Below, piece by piece: positions 1 through 9,687 of a stretch of DNA of 51,719 bases. The DNA comes from a virus (Duplodnaviria > Heunggongvirae > Uroviricota > Caudoviricetes), in IMG/VR virus record IMGVR_UViG_3300013094_000021; one strand, 5' to 3'. The notes beneath the pieces were generated by a model that saw only the letters and a program-made list of their open reading frames with translations, ran no database searches and was not told the DNA's origin. Position 1 is the first letter of the stretch, and each line of letters begins with the position of its first letter. The position numbers and the translations under genes are program-made.

Positions 1-599
1 AGTTTTTTATTTGTATATGTTGTTACGTTTAATAATTTTGAAATTCTGCCTTTGTATTTATTTTCCATCCATTCTATCAATTTAGCTCTGTGGGAAAAAG
101 ATATGTCCAAATCAACGTCAAATAAAAGAGAGCCGTCGTAAAATCTTTCCCCATTTATTTCTTTGTATTTCGCTCTAGTTTTACTGAGAAATCTCTCGAA
201 ATAAAGACCATATTTTAAACTGTCTAGTTTTGTTACATTTATTAAATACAAAACTAAAGAACCGGCTGCTGAACCTCTTCCGATTCCAGTTGGAATATCG
301 TTTTCGTTGCAAAAATTTATGATATCCCAAGTTATTAAAACATAGGAAGCGAATCCAAGTTCGTTTATCAAGGAAAGCTCGTGCTTCATTCTTGAATAAT
401 ACTCCTTATACCTTGGATTGCTTCTGCCTATTTTAGATTCGAGGCCTTCCAAGCAAAGAGCGAGCAAGAATTCTTTTTGAGGAATGTCGCTTGGTAGAGA
501 AAGTCTATCGGTATGCCTTTTTTCTATTTCAAAAGGAGGTATTTTTACGCCATTTTCTATGGCATCTATTTTGTATTCTTTGAATGATTCCGAAAACAT
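1..599 (-). CDS. dnaE: DNA polymerase III alpha (DnaE-type) catalytic subunit lacking PHP domain; runs off window edge
   Basis: Not in ORF track; my translation from ATG at 599 gives MFSESFKEYK...GIGRGSAAGSLVLYLINVT...FERFLSK...DVDLD, matching DnaE palm motifs. Confidence 0.9.
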   Translation of the reverse strand, partial: MFSESFKEYKIDAIENGVKIPPFEIEKRHTDRLSLPSDIPQKEFLLALCLEGLESKIGRSNPRYKEYYSRMKHELSLINELGFASYVLITWDIINFCNENDIPTGIGRGSAAGSLVLYLINVTKLDSLKYGLYFERFLSKTRAKYKEINGERFYDGSLLFDVDLDISFSHRAKLIEWMENKYKGRISKLLNVTTYTNKK

Positions 600-602
600 A
601 AT

Positions 603-1250
603 TTAAATTAAATCTATCCTTTCTATAAGGTTTTTGAATATTTGATGGCTTCTGGTTACGTCGTAAATCGCAGAATGCGCTTCTTCGTGATTATATTCAA
701 TTCCAAACTCTTTACAGGCAAAACCAACGCTCGATTTTAATCCTTTTTTTACTATGGAATTCATTTTCCATTGAAAAGAAAGCAAATTTTTATTGTCGGG
801 CGGCACATTTAATTTTAAGGCCTTAAACAAAGAATTGCAATCATAAACTCTGTCTAAATAATCATATCCAATATTTACTCCGCATCTTTCGGCTGAGTTT
901 TTTATAACCATAGCATCATAATTTAAATAATTAGAGCCAATTATAAAATAATCCTTGTTGTCCAAGTATTTTTTCAAAAGACTATATACTTCTTTTGCGG
1001 TTTTTCCCTGTGACTTTATAACGCTTTCGTCGTAATGGACTTTTTTGGCTAATTCGGAACTAATTTTGTAATTAGGAATATCAACATAAAGATTTTGAGA
1101 CTCTTCTATTTTGTCGTTTGAATAAATATTAAATCCTACATTGAATGGCTCGGAATAGAAAAGATTTAATCCGTTCGTTTCGGTATCAATGCAAATAAAT
1201 TTTTTATTCTTAAAATTAAATCTAAGGAGATTTTTATTTAGTATTGTCAT
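603..1250 (-). CDS. DEDDh 3'-5' exonuclease (Pol III epsilon-like)
   Basis: IDTETNG, N-YL-NYD and H-SA-IYD motifs. Confidence 0.9.
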   Translation of the reverse strand: MTILNKNLLRFNFKNKKFICIDTETNGLNLFYSEPFNVGFNIYSNDKIEESQNLYVDIPNYKISSELAKKVHYDESVIKSQGKTAKEVYSLLKKYLDNKDYFIIGSNYLNYDAMVIKNSAERCGVNIGYDYLDRVYDCNSLFKALKLNVPPDNKNLLSFQWKMNSIVKKGLKSSVGFACKEFGIEYNHEEAHSAIYDVTRSHQIFKNLIERIDLI

Positions 1251-2016
1251 TTTTGTTTAGGTATGATTCAAATGAAAATTTATTTGAGCATAGAAAGTCA
1301 ATGTCTGGGCAGCCAAAGTCTTTTTTATTGTGAATCGCTCTGAATACGCAATATGATTTAAAATCACTTTCTTTATAATAATACGATAGGTGACATTCTT
1401 GATGCTCGAATTTATTGCTAGACGCGAATTCTATGATTTTTGATGTTAAAACTTTGTTATATGGCAAATCTTGATTTGAATATAGAAATGTTGGCTTAAT
1501 AGAGCCGAAATCAGGTATTGAGTTGCCATTGCATAAAAAATTATTATGAATAAAATTATCGTATGGAGGAATAACTAATTCCAGATTTTCAGTCCAGTTT
1601 TCTTTTATCATTTTCCAATCAGCGCGAGTAGAATAGTAGAAGTTTTTTTCATCAGACCTGACTTTATTGTGCAAATTTAATATATCTTCGTATCCTTTTG
1701 AGTTTTTCATCAAAACAGATATTTTACAGTTTGAATCAAGCGATTCCTCGGATTTGTCGTTAACGTCATTGCAAACCAAAAAATTAATGCCGAAAATTAA
1801 TTTTATTTTGTTAGATTTGCAGTGTTTATAAAGAGAGGGGAAATTTATAAAATTATCGTCAATTACGAATATTTCACTCAATCCGTGTTTTTTGGCGATT
1901 GATACCACCGAAGTTGTTTTTTTGTCGTTTAATTCATCTGGTTTTTCGGCTGTTAAAATCGAACGACCTAGACTTCCATCTGTTTTGAATATGTTTATAA
2001 TATTACGACTTTTCAT
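1234..2016 (-). CDS. Stand-alone PHP-like N-terminal domain of DnaE (metal ligands degenerate)
   Basis: KTDGSLGRSIL, IFVIDDNF, KLIFGINF and LMKNSKGYEDILNL resemble the DnaE PHP layout; adjacent to exonuclease and polymerase core. Confidence 0.7.
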   Translation of the reverse strand: MKSRNIINIFKTDGSLGRSILTAEKPDELNDKKTTSVVSIAKKHGLSEIFVIDDNFINFPSLYKHCKSNKIKLIFGINFLVCNDVNDKSEESLDSNCKISVLMKNSKGYEDILNLHNKVRSDEKNFYYSTRADWKMIKENWTENLELVIPPYDNFIHNNFLCNGNSIPDFGSIKPTFLYSNQDLPYNKVLTSKIIEFASSNKFEHQECHLSYYYKESDFKSYCVFRAIHNKKDFGCPDIDFLCSNKFSFESYLNKNDNTK

Positions 2017-2230
2017 TGTTAAAGGTCATTTTTGATTTTTCCTGTTTAAATTCTAACTCATTTTCATAAAAATTGCAATAAGTAATTGAGTTGTTTGAAA
2101 AATATCTGACGTAATATTGAGTGTTTGACTTTGAATTTATGGAAATTGATTCAATTATTCCGTTAGCATTTAATGGGATAATTTTTACTTCTTGGAGAAC
2201 GTCAAATTTTGTCGTTATTTTCATTTGCAA
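2003..2230 (-). CDS. hypothetical protein
   Basis: ORF track; overlaps co-oriented neighbours. Confidence 0.7.
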   Translation of the reverse strand: MQMKITTKFDVLQEVKIIPLNANGIIESISINSKSNTQYYVRYFSNNSITYCNFYENELEFKQEKSKMTFNNEKS

Positions 2231-2423
2231 TTAATTCACCTAGGATTTTATGAAGTTTTTTTATTCCATCTTTTTTAAGGGAAGTGTAAAAAGTAACCTC
2301 TTCTGTTTTGTTTTTTTCGTTTGGATTCCAAACTGATAATACATATTGAAGTTTTTGCTCTTCTATATATTTAATTAAATCAAATATGTTGTCTTTAGTT
2401 CCTTTAATCATTGAATTTATCAA
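2202..2423 (-). CDS. hypothetical protein
   Basis: ORF track; overlaps co-oriented neighbours. Confidence 0.65.
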   Translation of the reverse strand: MINSMIKGTKDNIFDLIKYIEEQKLQYVLSVWNPNEKNKTEEVTFYTSLKKDGIKKLHKILGELIANENNDKI

Positions 2424-2865
2424 ATCTTTTGGTTATATTTTTTAAATCTTCTCTTGGAATGCAAATTCCAATACTGCTCCATGCTACATTTCTTATTTCT
2501 TTTTGCTTATATTTGTGCGCGTTTTTATCAACAAAATCGCACAATTCATTTACGTCGAACCAATAAAAAGTCTTATCTTTAGTATAATGATAGACAAACC
2601 AATCAACCGAATTACTTTTACTCAAAAATGGCCCGCCTAATTTGCCTGTTTTTGTGTTTCCAATTAGCTCTATGAAAATATTTGGCGTGTCATCTTCAGA
2701 GTATGAATCTGATTTTATTTCCACTTTTTTGTTTTTATCAATGAAAACATCCACCTCTCTTATTGAGCTTTTCACAGGATTTAAACTGTGGTAGCATTTG
2801 CAAAAATAGTCCTCTCCTTTCAGTCCTTTATCGTATTGTTTTTTAAAGCTAAAAATTTTTGGCAT
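2404..2865 (-). CDS. PD-(D/E)XK-like nuclease-fold protein
   Basis: G-E, VD-V and VEIKSD pattern. Confidence 0.55.
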   Translation of the reverse strand: MPKIFSFKKQYDKGLKGEDYFCKCYHSLNPVKSSIREVDVFIDKNKKVEIKSDSYSEDDTPNIFIELIGNTKTGKLGGPFLSKSNSVDWFVYHYTKDKTFYWFDVNELCDFVDKNAHKYKQKEIRNVAWSSIGICIPREDLKNITKRFDKFND

Positions 2866-2899
2866 AAATTATTATATATCAAAAAGATGCAAATGTCAA

Positions 2900-3613
2900 T
2901 CAAAACAAATTAACAGATTTGTAATGCTCCAAGAATTTGAAAGCGTCTTCTTTTATATTAAGGCATTCAATAGTTTCTATTTTTCTAGAATTGTGGTTTA
3001 CCCATAATATTTTAGGAGTTTCTCTGATTGAATATCCGAATTTTTCAAGCATTATAGAATAGCACCAAAGTTGAAGTGAATAAACTTCTAAATGAGAGTC
3101 TCCTAAATGATTTACCGGATAGAGCATTTTACCGCCGTATTTCGGTTTTGTTGAAAATTTTTCGTTTGTTTTAGCATCATAGCAAATAAATGAATTATCT
3201 GGATAAAGCTCAATAATGTCGCTGGTTCCGGCAACACCGTATTCTATATTGAATAATTTAACCTCTGCATTAAGCTTTCCTTTAAAATCAATTAGAGAGA
3301 ATTCATTTATAATATCGGAGTATTCGTTATCGTCTATTTTTCCAGTTTTTATGTAATTTTCTACGCATGAGTGGAATTTAGTCCCCCTGTTGGCGGCGTC
3401 ATTCTTTTTTTTATCCCACTTGGATTTTATTTCCTCGACAGAAACGCCGTCTCTTTTGGCGCATGAACGCGCTATTATTCCAGACGGGTCGAATTCTTCC
3501 TTATAGTTTCCAAGCAAAGATGTTACGGATATTAATTTTTTTCCGTTTACATGATAAGAGTGAGCTTCTTTATCGAACTTTACCAAATTGGATATTTCAT
3601 CTAGTTTTAACAT
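2900..3613 (-). CDS. PD-(D/E)XK exonuclease (RecB/Cas4/lambda-exo-like)
   Basis: SVTSLL, RGTKFH, E..L, GVAGTSD, DAKT and Q-L..Y motifs. Confidence 0.8.
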   Translation of the reverse strand: MLKLDEISNLVKFDKEAHSYHVNGKKLISVTSLLGNYKEEFDPSGIIARSCAKRDGVSVEEIKSKWDKKKNDAANRGTKFHSCVENYIKTGKIDDNEYSDIINEFSLIDFKGKLNAEVKLFNIEYGVAGTSDIIELYPDNSFICYDAKTNEKFSTKPKYGGKMLYPVNHLGDSHLEVYSLQLWCYSIMLEKFGYSIRETPKILWVNHNSRKIETIECLNIKEDAFKFLEHYKSVNLF

Positions 3614-3616
3614 TAT

Positions 3617-4036
3617 TTAATTATAAATTTCTGTATTTTCTGTATTTTGAGGAGGTATTTCAACTTCTTGGTCTGGCTCCACTTTATGTATTATAACTTT
3701 TTTGCCTAATTTATTACATAGGTCAATTGTGTGCTGGGTCCCGCGAGAGCCAGTTGTGAATGCTATAACAATATCTGAATCGTTTACAATTTTTATATTC
3801 CTGCGAAATCCAGCGCCTTTACCTTCTCTTTTCCAGTCTGGATAGTGTATGGTTATTGTTTTACCTCTTTCTTTAGCCCAAATCTGAGCTATATTATCTG
3901 CACCGCTTGAGCAACCGCCGCTTACAATGCAGGATATTTTTTCCTCTTTTGAATCTAAATACTTAAATATTTCATTTACATTGTTATAGTCTCTCGAACC
4001 TACTACACCCACTCTTTTTTTACTATTGTTTTCCAT
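3617..4036 (-). CDS. YspA/DUF2493-like SLOG protein
   Basis: VGVVGSRDY, SGGCSSGAD, RNIKIV and GSRGTQHTI. Confidence 0.8.
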   Translation of the reverse strand: MENNSKKRVGVVGSRDYNNVNEIFKYLDSKEEKISCIVSGGCSSGADNIAQIWAKERGKTITIHYPDWKREGKGAGFRRNIKIVNDSDIVIAFTTGSRGTQHTIDLCNKLGKKVIIHKVEPDQEVEIPPQNTENTEIYN

Positions 4037-4346
4037 AATTATCTAGATATTCTTTTATTACATTTCCGTGACACTCCAGAGGAACACAAAAACAACCGAG
4101 AGTTTTTCCAGCTAATTTAAGAATATTTTTTTTGAAAGCCAGGTCACTTTTTATTCTTTGATAAAAGTCCTTTTTGTATTCTGCTATAGCGCCCCTCCTA
4201 TCGTGATAGGATTTGCAGTGAGAGCAGTAAACCCCTCCCATAGTGTGCGGATTCCCGTAATAACCGTCCGTTCCTTTTCCGGGTCTCCCGATATAAACAT
4301 CGTATTTTTCTCCGTTGCGAATATTTACAATTCTAGTTTCTTTCAT
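4023..4346 (-). CDS. DUF4326-like protein
   Basis: YDVYIGRP, GNPH and LAGKTLGCFCVPLECHGNV. Confidence 0.8.
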   Translation of the reverse strand: MKETRIVNIRNGEKYDVYIGRPGKGTDGYYGNPHTMGGVYCSHCKSYHDRRGAIAEYKKDFYQRIKSDLAFKKNILKLAGKTLGCFCVPLECHGNVIKEYLDNYGKQ

Positions 4347-4347
4347 A

Positions 4348-4605
4348 TTATTTTATTTTATTGTCAACACATCTGTAATTTTCAGACCATAAAACATCCG
4401 ACATAATTTTTTCCGATTTTCTTATCTTATATTCGGGTAGTTCTGGAAATAAAATATGCAGAGTCTCGTGAATTACAATCCTCATTTTCATTTTGCCGCG
4501 AGTTCTCTGCTCAACTTCTATTTTGTTTTTATTAAAAAACGCTCTTCCCCAATCCCCTTCTCTTCCTAATTTTCTATAAACAACTTTTATCTTTTTTTTA
4601 TTCAT
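4348..4605 (-). CDS. small HExxH (minimal zincin-like) protein
   Basis: VIHETLHI. Confidence 0.5.
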   Translation of the reverse strand: MNKKKIKVVYRKLGREGDWGRAFFNKNKIEVEQRTRGKMKMRIVIHETLHILFPELPEYKIRKSEKIMSDVLWSENYRCVDNKIK

Positions 4606-5435
4606 ACCTTAATCATATCAGAGATATTGTGGTCGTCTTTAAAATCTTTTCTGTTTAAAATATAGTATCTATAAAAGTCATTAAGTATTTTAAAGTTATT
4701 TACAATATATCCACATTCGTCAATTTTATTCTTTAAAATCCATATCAGTTTGTCTTTTTGAAGCGGCAAATAATTGTTTGTTTCTAGATATCTTCTAAAT
4801 TGAAGCCTTAAAGATTCTTGTTGTTTATATAAATTTGGACTTTTTTCAAATCCGAGTAAACAGTGATTGCTATCTAGGCTATTAAATGCGTATTTTGCGT
4901 AATGCCATATAAAATGCCATTCATCTCTATTTTTATTCCTTACGCTGTAACAATAATCTTCTTCATTTTCAAACCAACCTGTTTCCTCAATTTTTAAAAA
5001 TCCGCCTCTTGCGCCGTGAAGTCCCCAATGAGGAGTTCCAACGAACAATTGATTAGGGAATCTTTTAAATAGCAATATTTTGCTATAATTTGAAACAGTG
5101 TTCACATTGTTTTTTTCAAGGATATCAACGAATTGCCTTATGTTTTTTGAAAAATTATCGTTTATTCTTTCAGAGCTATCTCTTAAAAGAATCCAGCTAT
5201 CTTGGTCTATCTTGGGATGCAAAAGTATAGTATTTAAATCATGCGAGTGTTGAGAAAAATAAGGAATTTGAATTACGAATCCATTGTTTTTTCTTGATTC
5301 AAGCAATTCAAATGTTCCGTCTGTAGAAAAATGGTCAACTGCGGCTATGCCGTCGAAATTATAATAAGAGCTTGTAAGCTCTTTTATGTTTTCTACTTCG
5401 TTTTGCGTTGATATCGCTAAGAATATTTTGCTCAT
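4602..5435 (-). CDS. GT-A fold (GT2-like) glycosyltransferase
   Basis: N-terminal NEVENI, AVDHFSTDGT and LRDSSE (DxD-like). Confidence 0.65.
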   Translation of the reverse strand: MSKIFLAISTQNEVENIKELTSSYYNFDGIAAVDHFSTDGTFELLESRKNNGFVIQIPYFSQHSHDLNTILLHPKIDQDSWILLRDSSERINDNFSKNIRQFVDILEKNNVNTVSNYSKILLFKRFPNQLFVGTPHWGLHGARGGFLKIEETGWFENEEDYCYSVRNKNRDEWHFIWHYAKYAFNSLDSNHCLLGFEKSPNLYKQQESLRLQFRRYLETNNYLPLQKDKLIWILKNKIDECGYIVNNFKILNDFYRYYILNRKDFKDDHNISDMIKV

Positions 5436-5437
5436 TG

Positions 5438-6220
5438 TTAATCAATAAAACATTTAAATGAATGCGGCGCCCATTCCTCTGGTATGGTTCCATCAATCCA
5501 CTCGCCTTTTAGCATAATATCCCACTCTTTGTCGTTAAGCGGGGGATATACATCTGTTCTGTATGAAGGTTTTTTAATTACGAATAGGTTTTTTGAATCG
5601 CATCTGTGCTTATAAATCCCGTCCCCAATCTCTCTTATAGACCATTTGCCATTATCTTGAAAAACATACAAATGCTCTACTTTTATTTTGTTTTCCTTGA
5701 AAAATTGTTGAACGTATGACTCGACATATCTTACGTTATTGAATGGGCCGGGCCCTCCGTATTTGTTTTTTTCTCCTTTAGGGATTTTTTTGTAAAATTC
5801 AGTTTTGAATATGCCAGCTCTTTCGGTGAAATTTCCGTATCCAGCCTGAGCGCCAGAAAGGTCTATATAGTTGAACCCTTCTAGCTCCATTTTGTCTAAA
5901 ATAACTTTTATATAAAATTCGTTAATTTCTTGAATTAAAAACTGGTCGTTTTGAACATATATGAAATACTCGGTTTCGCAAGACTCTGAAAGCTCGACCG
6001 TTCCATTTCCGCATCCAGTATTATCTTTTCTTAAAATTAGCTTATCTATTAAACCTTCTCTATAGAAATCAAAACAATACTCATAGTTTTTGGTTCCATT
6101 GGATAAAAATATAGTGTAATGAGGAAACTTTGCATTAGTTTTTATGCTTTGAAGGCATTTTCTGCTCTCTTCTGGCTTTTCGTAGTCAAGGACTAAAAAT
6201 GAAACTCTAGGATTTTGCAT
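5438..6220 (-). CDS. GT-A fold (GT2-like) glycosyltransferase
   Basis: RVSFLVLDYEKPEESRKCLQSI, N-G-G-G and VQND. Confidence 0.65.
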   Translation of the reverse strand: MQNPRVSFLVLDYEKPEESRKCLQSIKTNAKFPHYTIFLSNGTKNYEYCFDFYREGLIDKLILRKDNTGCGNGTVELSESCETEYFIYVQNDQFLIQEINEFYIKVILDKMELEGFNYIDLSGAQAGYGNFTERAGIFKTEFYKKIPKGEKNKYGGPGPFNNVRYVESYVQQFFKENKIKVEHLYVFQDNGKWSIREIGDGIYKHRCDSKNLFVIKKPSYRTDVYPPLNDKEWDIMLKGEWIDGTIPEEWAPHSFKCFID

Positions 6221-6257
6221 TGTTTAATTATATATCGTTTTACTTTTAAAGTAAAGA

Positions 6258-6572
6258 TTATTTTATTAAAGAAGATTTTACAAAAACAACCAAGGCTTCA
6301 AATATCTTGTCAATAAAAAATACTGCCACCAAGAAGCCGCCCACAATTAAATATTTCCATTTATAAAGTGTCTCCACGCTTTTGTTTAATTCTTTTACGT
6401 TTTTGTAATCCCCCTGTAGGTCTTTTATGTCTTTTTTATTTTGCCTTATGTCTTCGAGGACACCCACTTTGGCCTCACCATCAACAATTGAGCCGGTTAA
6501 TATTTGCTCAATTCTTTTGGTTGTATCGCCAATATCCTTTATGTCGTTCTTCATTCTCTCGATGTCACTCAT
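6258..6572 (-). CDS. coiled-coil protein with C-terminal transmembrane anchor
   Basis: Heptad-like N-terminus followed by WKYLIVGGFLVAVFFI. Confidence 0.6.
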   Translation of the reverse strand: MSDIERMKNDIKDIGDTTKRIEQILTGSIVDGEAKVGVLEDIRQNKKDIKDLQGDYKNVKELNKSVETLYKWKYLIVGGFLVAVFFIDKIFEALVVFVKSSLIK

Positions 6573-6663
6573 AATATGTTAATATTTACACAAATAATAA
6601 AATAATCCAATATTTAACGATAAATATTACATTATTGGTCAATTAATGTGAAATAATAATTAA

Positions 6664-9597
6664 TTACCTTACCGGACAGGCTCCTCCTGTGCATTCAAGA
6701 GAGTCAATCACAGACGACTCCGTATTGATTCTAGAAACCGATTTAAGAGAGTTTTTGTATGAATTATACTCTTTCTCCGTGATTGGAATCAAAACAGCTT
6801 GGTCGAAGCCGTGACCAGAATGAAGAAGGAATGAAACTGTTTTAATATAAGAGTTATAGTTTGATTTTAGCCAGTCCTTTATTTTTGAAACATCTCCATG
6901 TTTGTAGTAAACGGTGTTTGAAACCGCTTGGTCTGCCCAGCAGGTTTGAAGAGATTTAATCCTGTTTAATTGGTCAACGCAGTCTGAATCTGACTCAAGC
7001 TTAGTGTTATCATCAAAAGAACATGGAAAATAAACTACAGAAATATCGTGGTTTAATTTTTTATCCAATTGAATTTCTGGTTCTATTCTGTATCCAGCGT
7101 CTCTTAAAGACGGAATTAAAGAATCCATAGAAGAAAACCTTACTGTTCTATAGTGAAATTTTGAATATCCGGGATTGGCTCCGGGTGTGGAGCCTGACAA
7201 TAGTGATAGCGTTCCACTGGGCTTTACAACGGTAAGCCTAATTGACTCTGGAAAGTTATTTGCTTTGGAGTATTCTTTATCAAAAGCTCTTAGATTTTTA
7301 TATACAAAGTCGCACCATTCTTCATAATTTTTGTTCTGGCAAACTCCTGTTACGCCAAGTCCAAGTCTCATTTTTTTATGAATAATGTTATTGGATGATT
7401 CAAATAAATATTCGCCAGAAGAAATAGCTTTTTGAGTTTTATAAAGCAATATTGAAATATCTAGCATTTCTTCCTTTGATGTGATGTTATTCATTGCTAG
7501 TTCAGCTAAGTTGCATTGATAAGTCAAAACATTGCCAAAAACAGCCATGTGTCTGTCTTTTTCTTCAAAACAATAAACGTCCTCTAGTTTTTCTAATTTT
7601 GTTATTTTTTTAATATTTTGCCACTTTCCTTTTGTTTTGGCAGTATGGCTATTTTTTGTATTTAATCTACGACAAGGAATTAATTCGCAATCTGTTATAT
7701 ACAAATAATATAAATCTTTATTTCTGATAGATAAATTTGTTTTTGAACCTTTGGTTTGACAAAGATTTACAGAGCTTTTAATTCCGCATTTTGATAATAG
7801 TAATTGAATTCTAGAAGCCCTAGAAAATTCGGATATATATATTCTAATTCCGCCGGAAGACGTATTGGAGCCGTCCGCGTCTGCAAGTCCAGCTATAAAA
7901 TTAAGTATAGATTCTTTATCCCAAGAAAATAACTGATTTATAGCTTCCGAATCATTTTTTAAAGGATTTACTAATTCTAAGTCTATGTATTTAGTGACGT
8001 TTAATTTTTTAAAAGGAATTCTATATTTATCATCCGGTGGAGAGAATTTAATTTCGTGACCTTTAACTTGGCATTTAAAATCTTTTTCTCCAAAAAGTAT
8101 AACTTTTGCTACATTTTTATCAATGTGTCCGTCTCCAACTGTAAATCCCAAAGTATATGCGTCTTTTTCATATTTTTTACCAGACGAATACTCTATTTTA
8201 AATGGCTCTGAATGAACTGAAAACCCATCTGAAATTTTTATATCACATAAAGCAACTTTTTTATAATCCTTCTCAAACCTGTTCTTTATTGAAAATTTAT
8301 GGTTTTTATTGCAATCTAAAAAAGAACCATCAGAAAATGAAACTCTATAAATTTCATTATTTATTCCTGTTTTTCTAGGGATAACTTTTGACCATTTTTC
8401 TCCATTCCAAACCTCTATTTCTTTATTAACGCAATCTTTTATATAAGAAAACCCATCTTTTGTAATAAGTGGCGTATTTCCAGATACGCAAGCCTCTTTG
8501 TCAGCTAGAAGAGCTTCGGCGCACGGATTGCAACCAATAATGTCCTCATCGTTAAGATTTAATCCATTAATTTCGGTTTCGCCAATTCTTCCAAATTTTT
8601 TTGAATTCTTTAAGTTAAATAATCCGTATGGCTCTCCCCCTCCGGTTTCGTATGGTTCCCAAAATTTATTTAAAATATGATTATAATCATTACATATTGA
8701 GCTATTATTTGAATTACTTCTATAAGCTGGAATTGTAATATCCAAATCCCATCTTTTAAGATTTAAATACCCAACATCGTCAACGTCACCAAGTAGAATT
8801 ATGGCTGTTCTTCTTATGCCGCCGGATTTAACTACTTGTCCGCCGCAACAAATGATATCGGCAACGTCTTGGGTTCTTAATTTTTTGCCTTCTCTTGATT
8901 CTAGTATTTTACAAAGCTCTTGGCATCCATCCATGAGTGGTTTTGGGCCGGGAGCTATTCCACCAAATGTTTTTAACGGTTCGCCAGCGGGCCTAATACA
9001 CACATTTGAATAAGAAAATGATTCACCTGTTTCAAGGTATGATTTTAAAATTTTTCTCCAAAGGTATGCCCATCCTTCCTTACTATCTGGAACTATAAAG
9101 TCTGCGTCCTTTGTATTTTTCATTACACATTTGACGCCTTTTTTAACTCTCGGAAGTTCTTGAGTGTATTCTCTGGAAATATTGCAACCAACCCCTCCTC
9201 CAAGCATTGATTCGGTAAATATAAAGTAAAAATCGTCTATATTTGAAACTTTTGTAACCCAACAATTAAGAAGAGAGTCGTTACCGATTAAATCAACAGT
9301 TGGAGTCCCTAGTTGCCAAAGACCTCTTCCAGAAAAGAAGCCTTTAAGGTCGAACATATAACTGTAAAGCCTTTCCGCCTCTTCTTTTGTGTATTTGGCT
9401 CCTATTTTTTGAGCGCCATTGATACATCTAGCTATTGTTTCCCACCATTCCTCTTGGAGTCCTAACTTATTTTTTCTGGAATAAGTTCTTTTATAAACAA
9501 CGTATGACAAATCTCCAAACCCCCAAGGAACTTTTTTATTTGAATATTTTTTTAAAAAATCTTTTGAAAGTATTTCCGATTCGTAATTTTCAATCAT
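6664..9597 (-). CDS. nrdJ: class II (B12-dependent, monomeric-type) ribonucleotide reductase with intein
   Basis: YKRTYSR, SLLNC, GGGVG, GGIRR, NPCAE...CNLAE and KPSGT motifs. Confidence 0.93.
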   Translation of the reverse strand: MIENYESEILSKDFLKKYSNKKVPWGFGDLSYVVYKRTYSRKNKLGLQEEWWETIARCINGAQKIGAKYTKEEAERLYSYMFDLKGFFSGRGLWQLGTPTVDLIGNDSLLNCWVTKVSNIDDFYFIFTESMLGGGVGCNISREYTQELPRVKKGVKCVMKNTKDADFIVPDSKEGWAYLWRKILKSYLETGESFSYSNVCIRPAGEPLKTFGGIAPGPKPLMDGCQELCKILESREGKKLRTQDVADIICCGGQVVKSGGIRRTAIILLGDVDDVGYLNLKRWDLDITIPAYRSNSNNSSICNDYNHILNKFWEPYETGGGEPYGLFNLKNSKKFGRIGETEINGLNLNDEDIIGCNPCAEALLADKEACVSGNTPLITKDGFSYIKDCVNKEIEVWNGEKWSKVIPRKTGINNEIYRVSFSDGSFLDCNKNHKFSIKNRFEKDYKKVALCDIKISDGFSVHSEPFKIEYSSGKKYEKDAYTLGFTVGDGHIDKNVAKVILFGEKDFKCQVKGHEIKFSPPDDKYRIPFKKLNVTKYIDLELVNPLKNDSEAINQLFSWDKESILNFIAGLADADGSNTSSGGIRIYISEFSRASRIQLLLSKCGIKSSVNLCQTKGSKTNLSIRNKDLYYLYITDCELIPCRRLNTKNSHTAKTKGKWQNIKKITKLEKLEDVYCFEEKDRHMAVFGNVLTYQCNLAELAMNNITSKEEMLDISILLYKTQKAISSGEYLFESSNNIIHKKMRLGLGVTGVCQNKNYEEWCDFVYKNLRAFDKEYSKANNFPESIRLTVVKPSGTLSLLSGSTPGANPGYSKFHYRTVRFSSMDSLIPSLRDAGYRIEPEIQLDKKLNHDISVVYFPCSFDDNTKLESDSDCVDQLNRIKSLQTCWADQAVSNTVYYKHGDVSKIKDWLKSNYNSYIKTVSFLLHSGHGFDQAVLIPITEKEYNSYKNSLKSVSRINTESSVIDSLECTGGACPVR
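7516..8490 (-). mobile_element. intein (325 aa) with LAGLIDADG homing endonuclease, inserted before the RNR catalytic Cys
   Basis: Starts CVSGNT, has LGFTVGDG and IAGLADADG, ends DVYCFEE...H...GNVLTYQ followed by CNLAE; removal restores KEA-CNLAE. Confidence 0.9.
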
Positions 9598-9687
9598 AGG
9601 TTAAATATTATACATCCAAACAACAAAAAAGGAAAACAAAAAAAATAAAAATATTAAGAACGATTTTTATTTCTTAAGTGTATAAAA

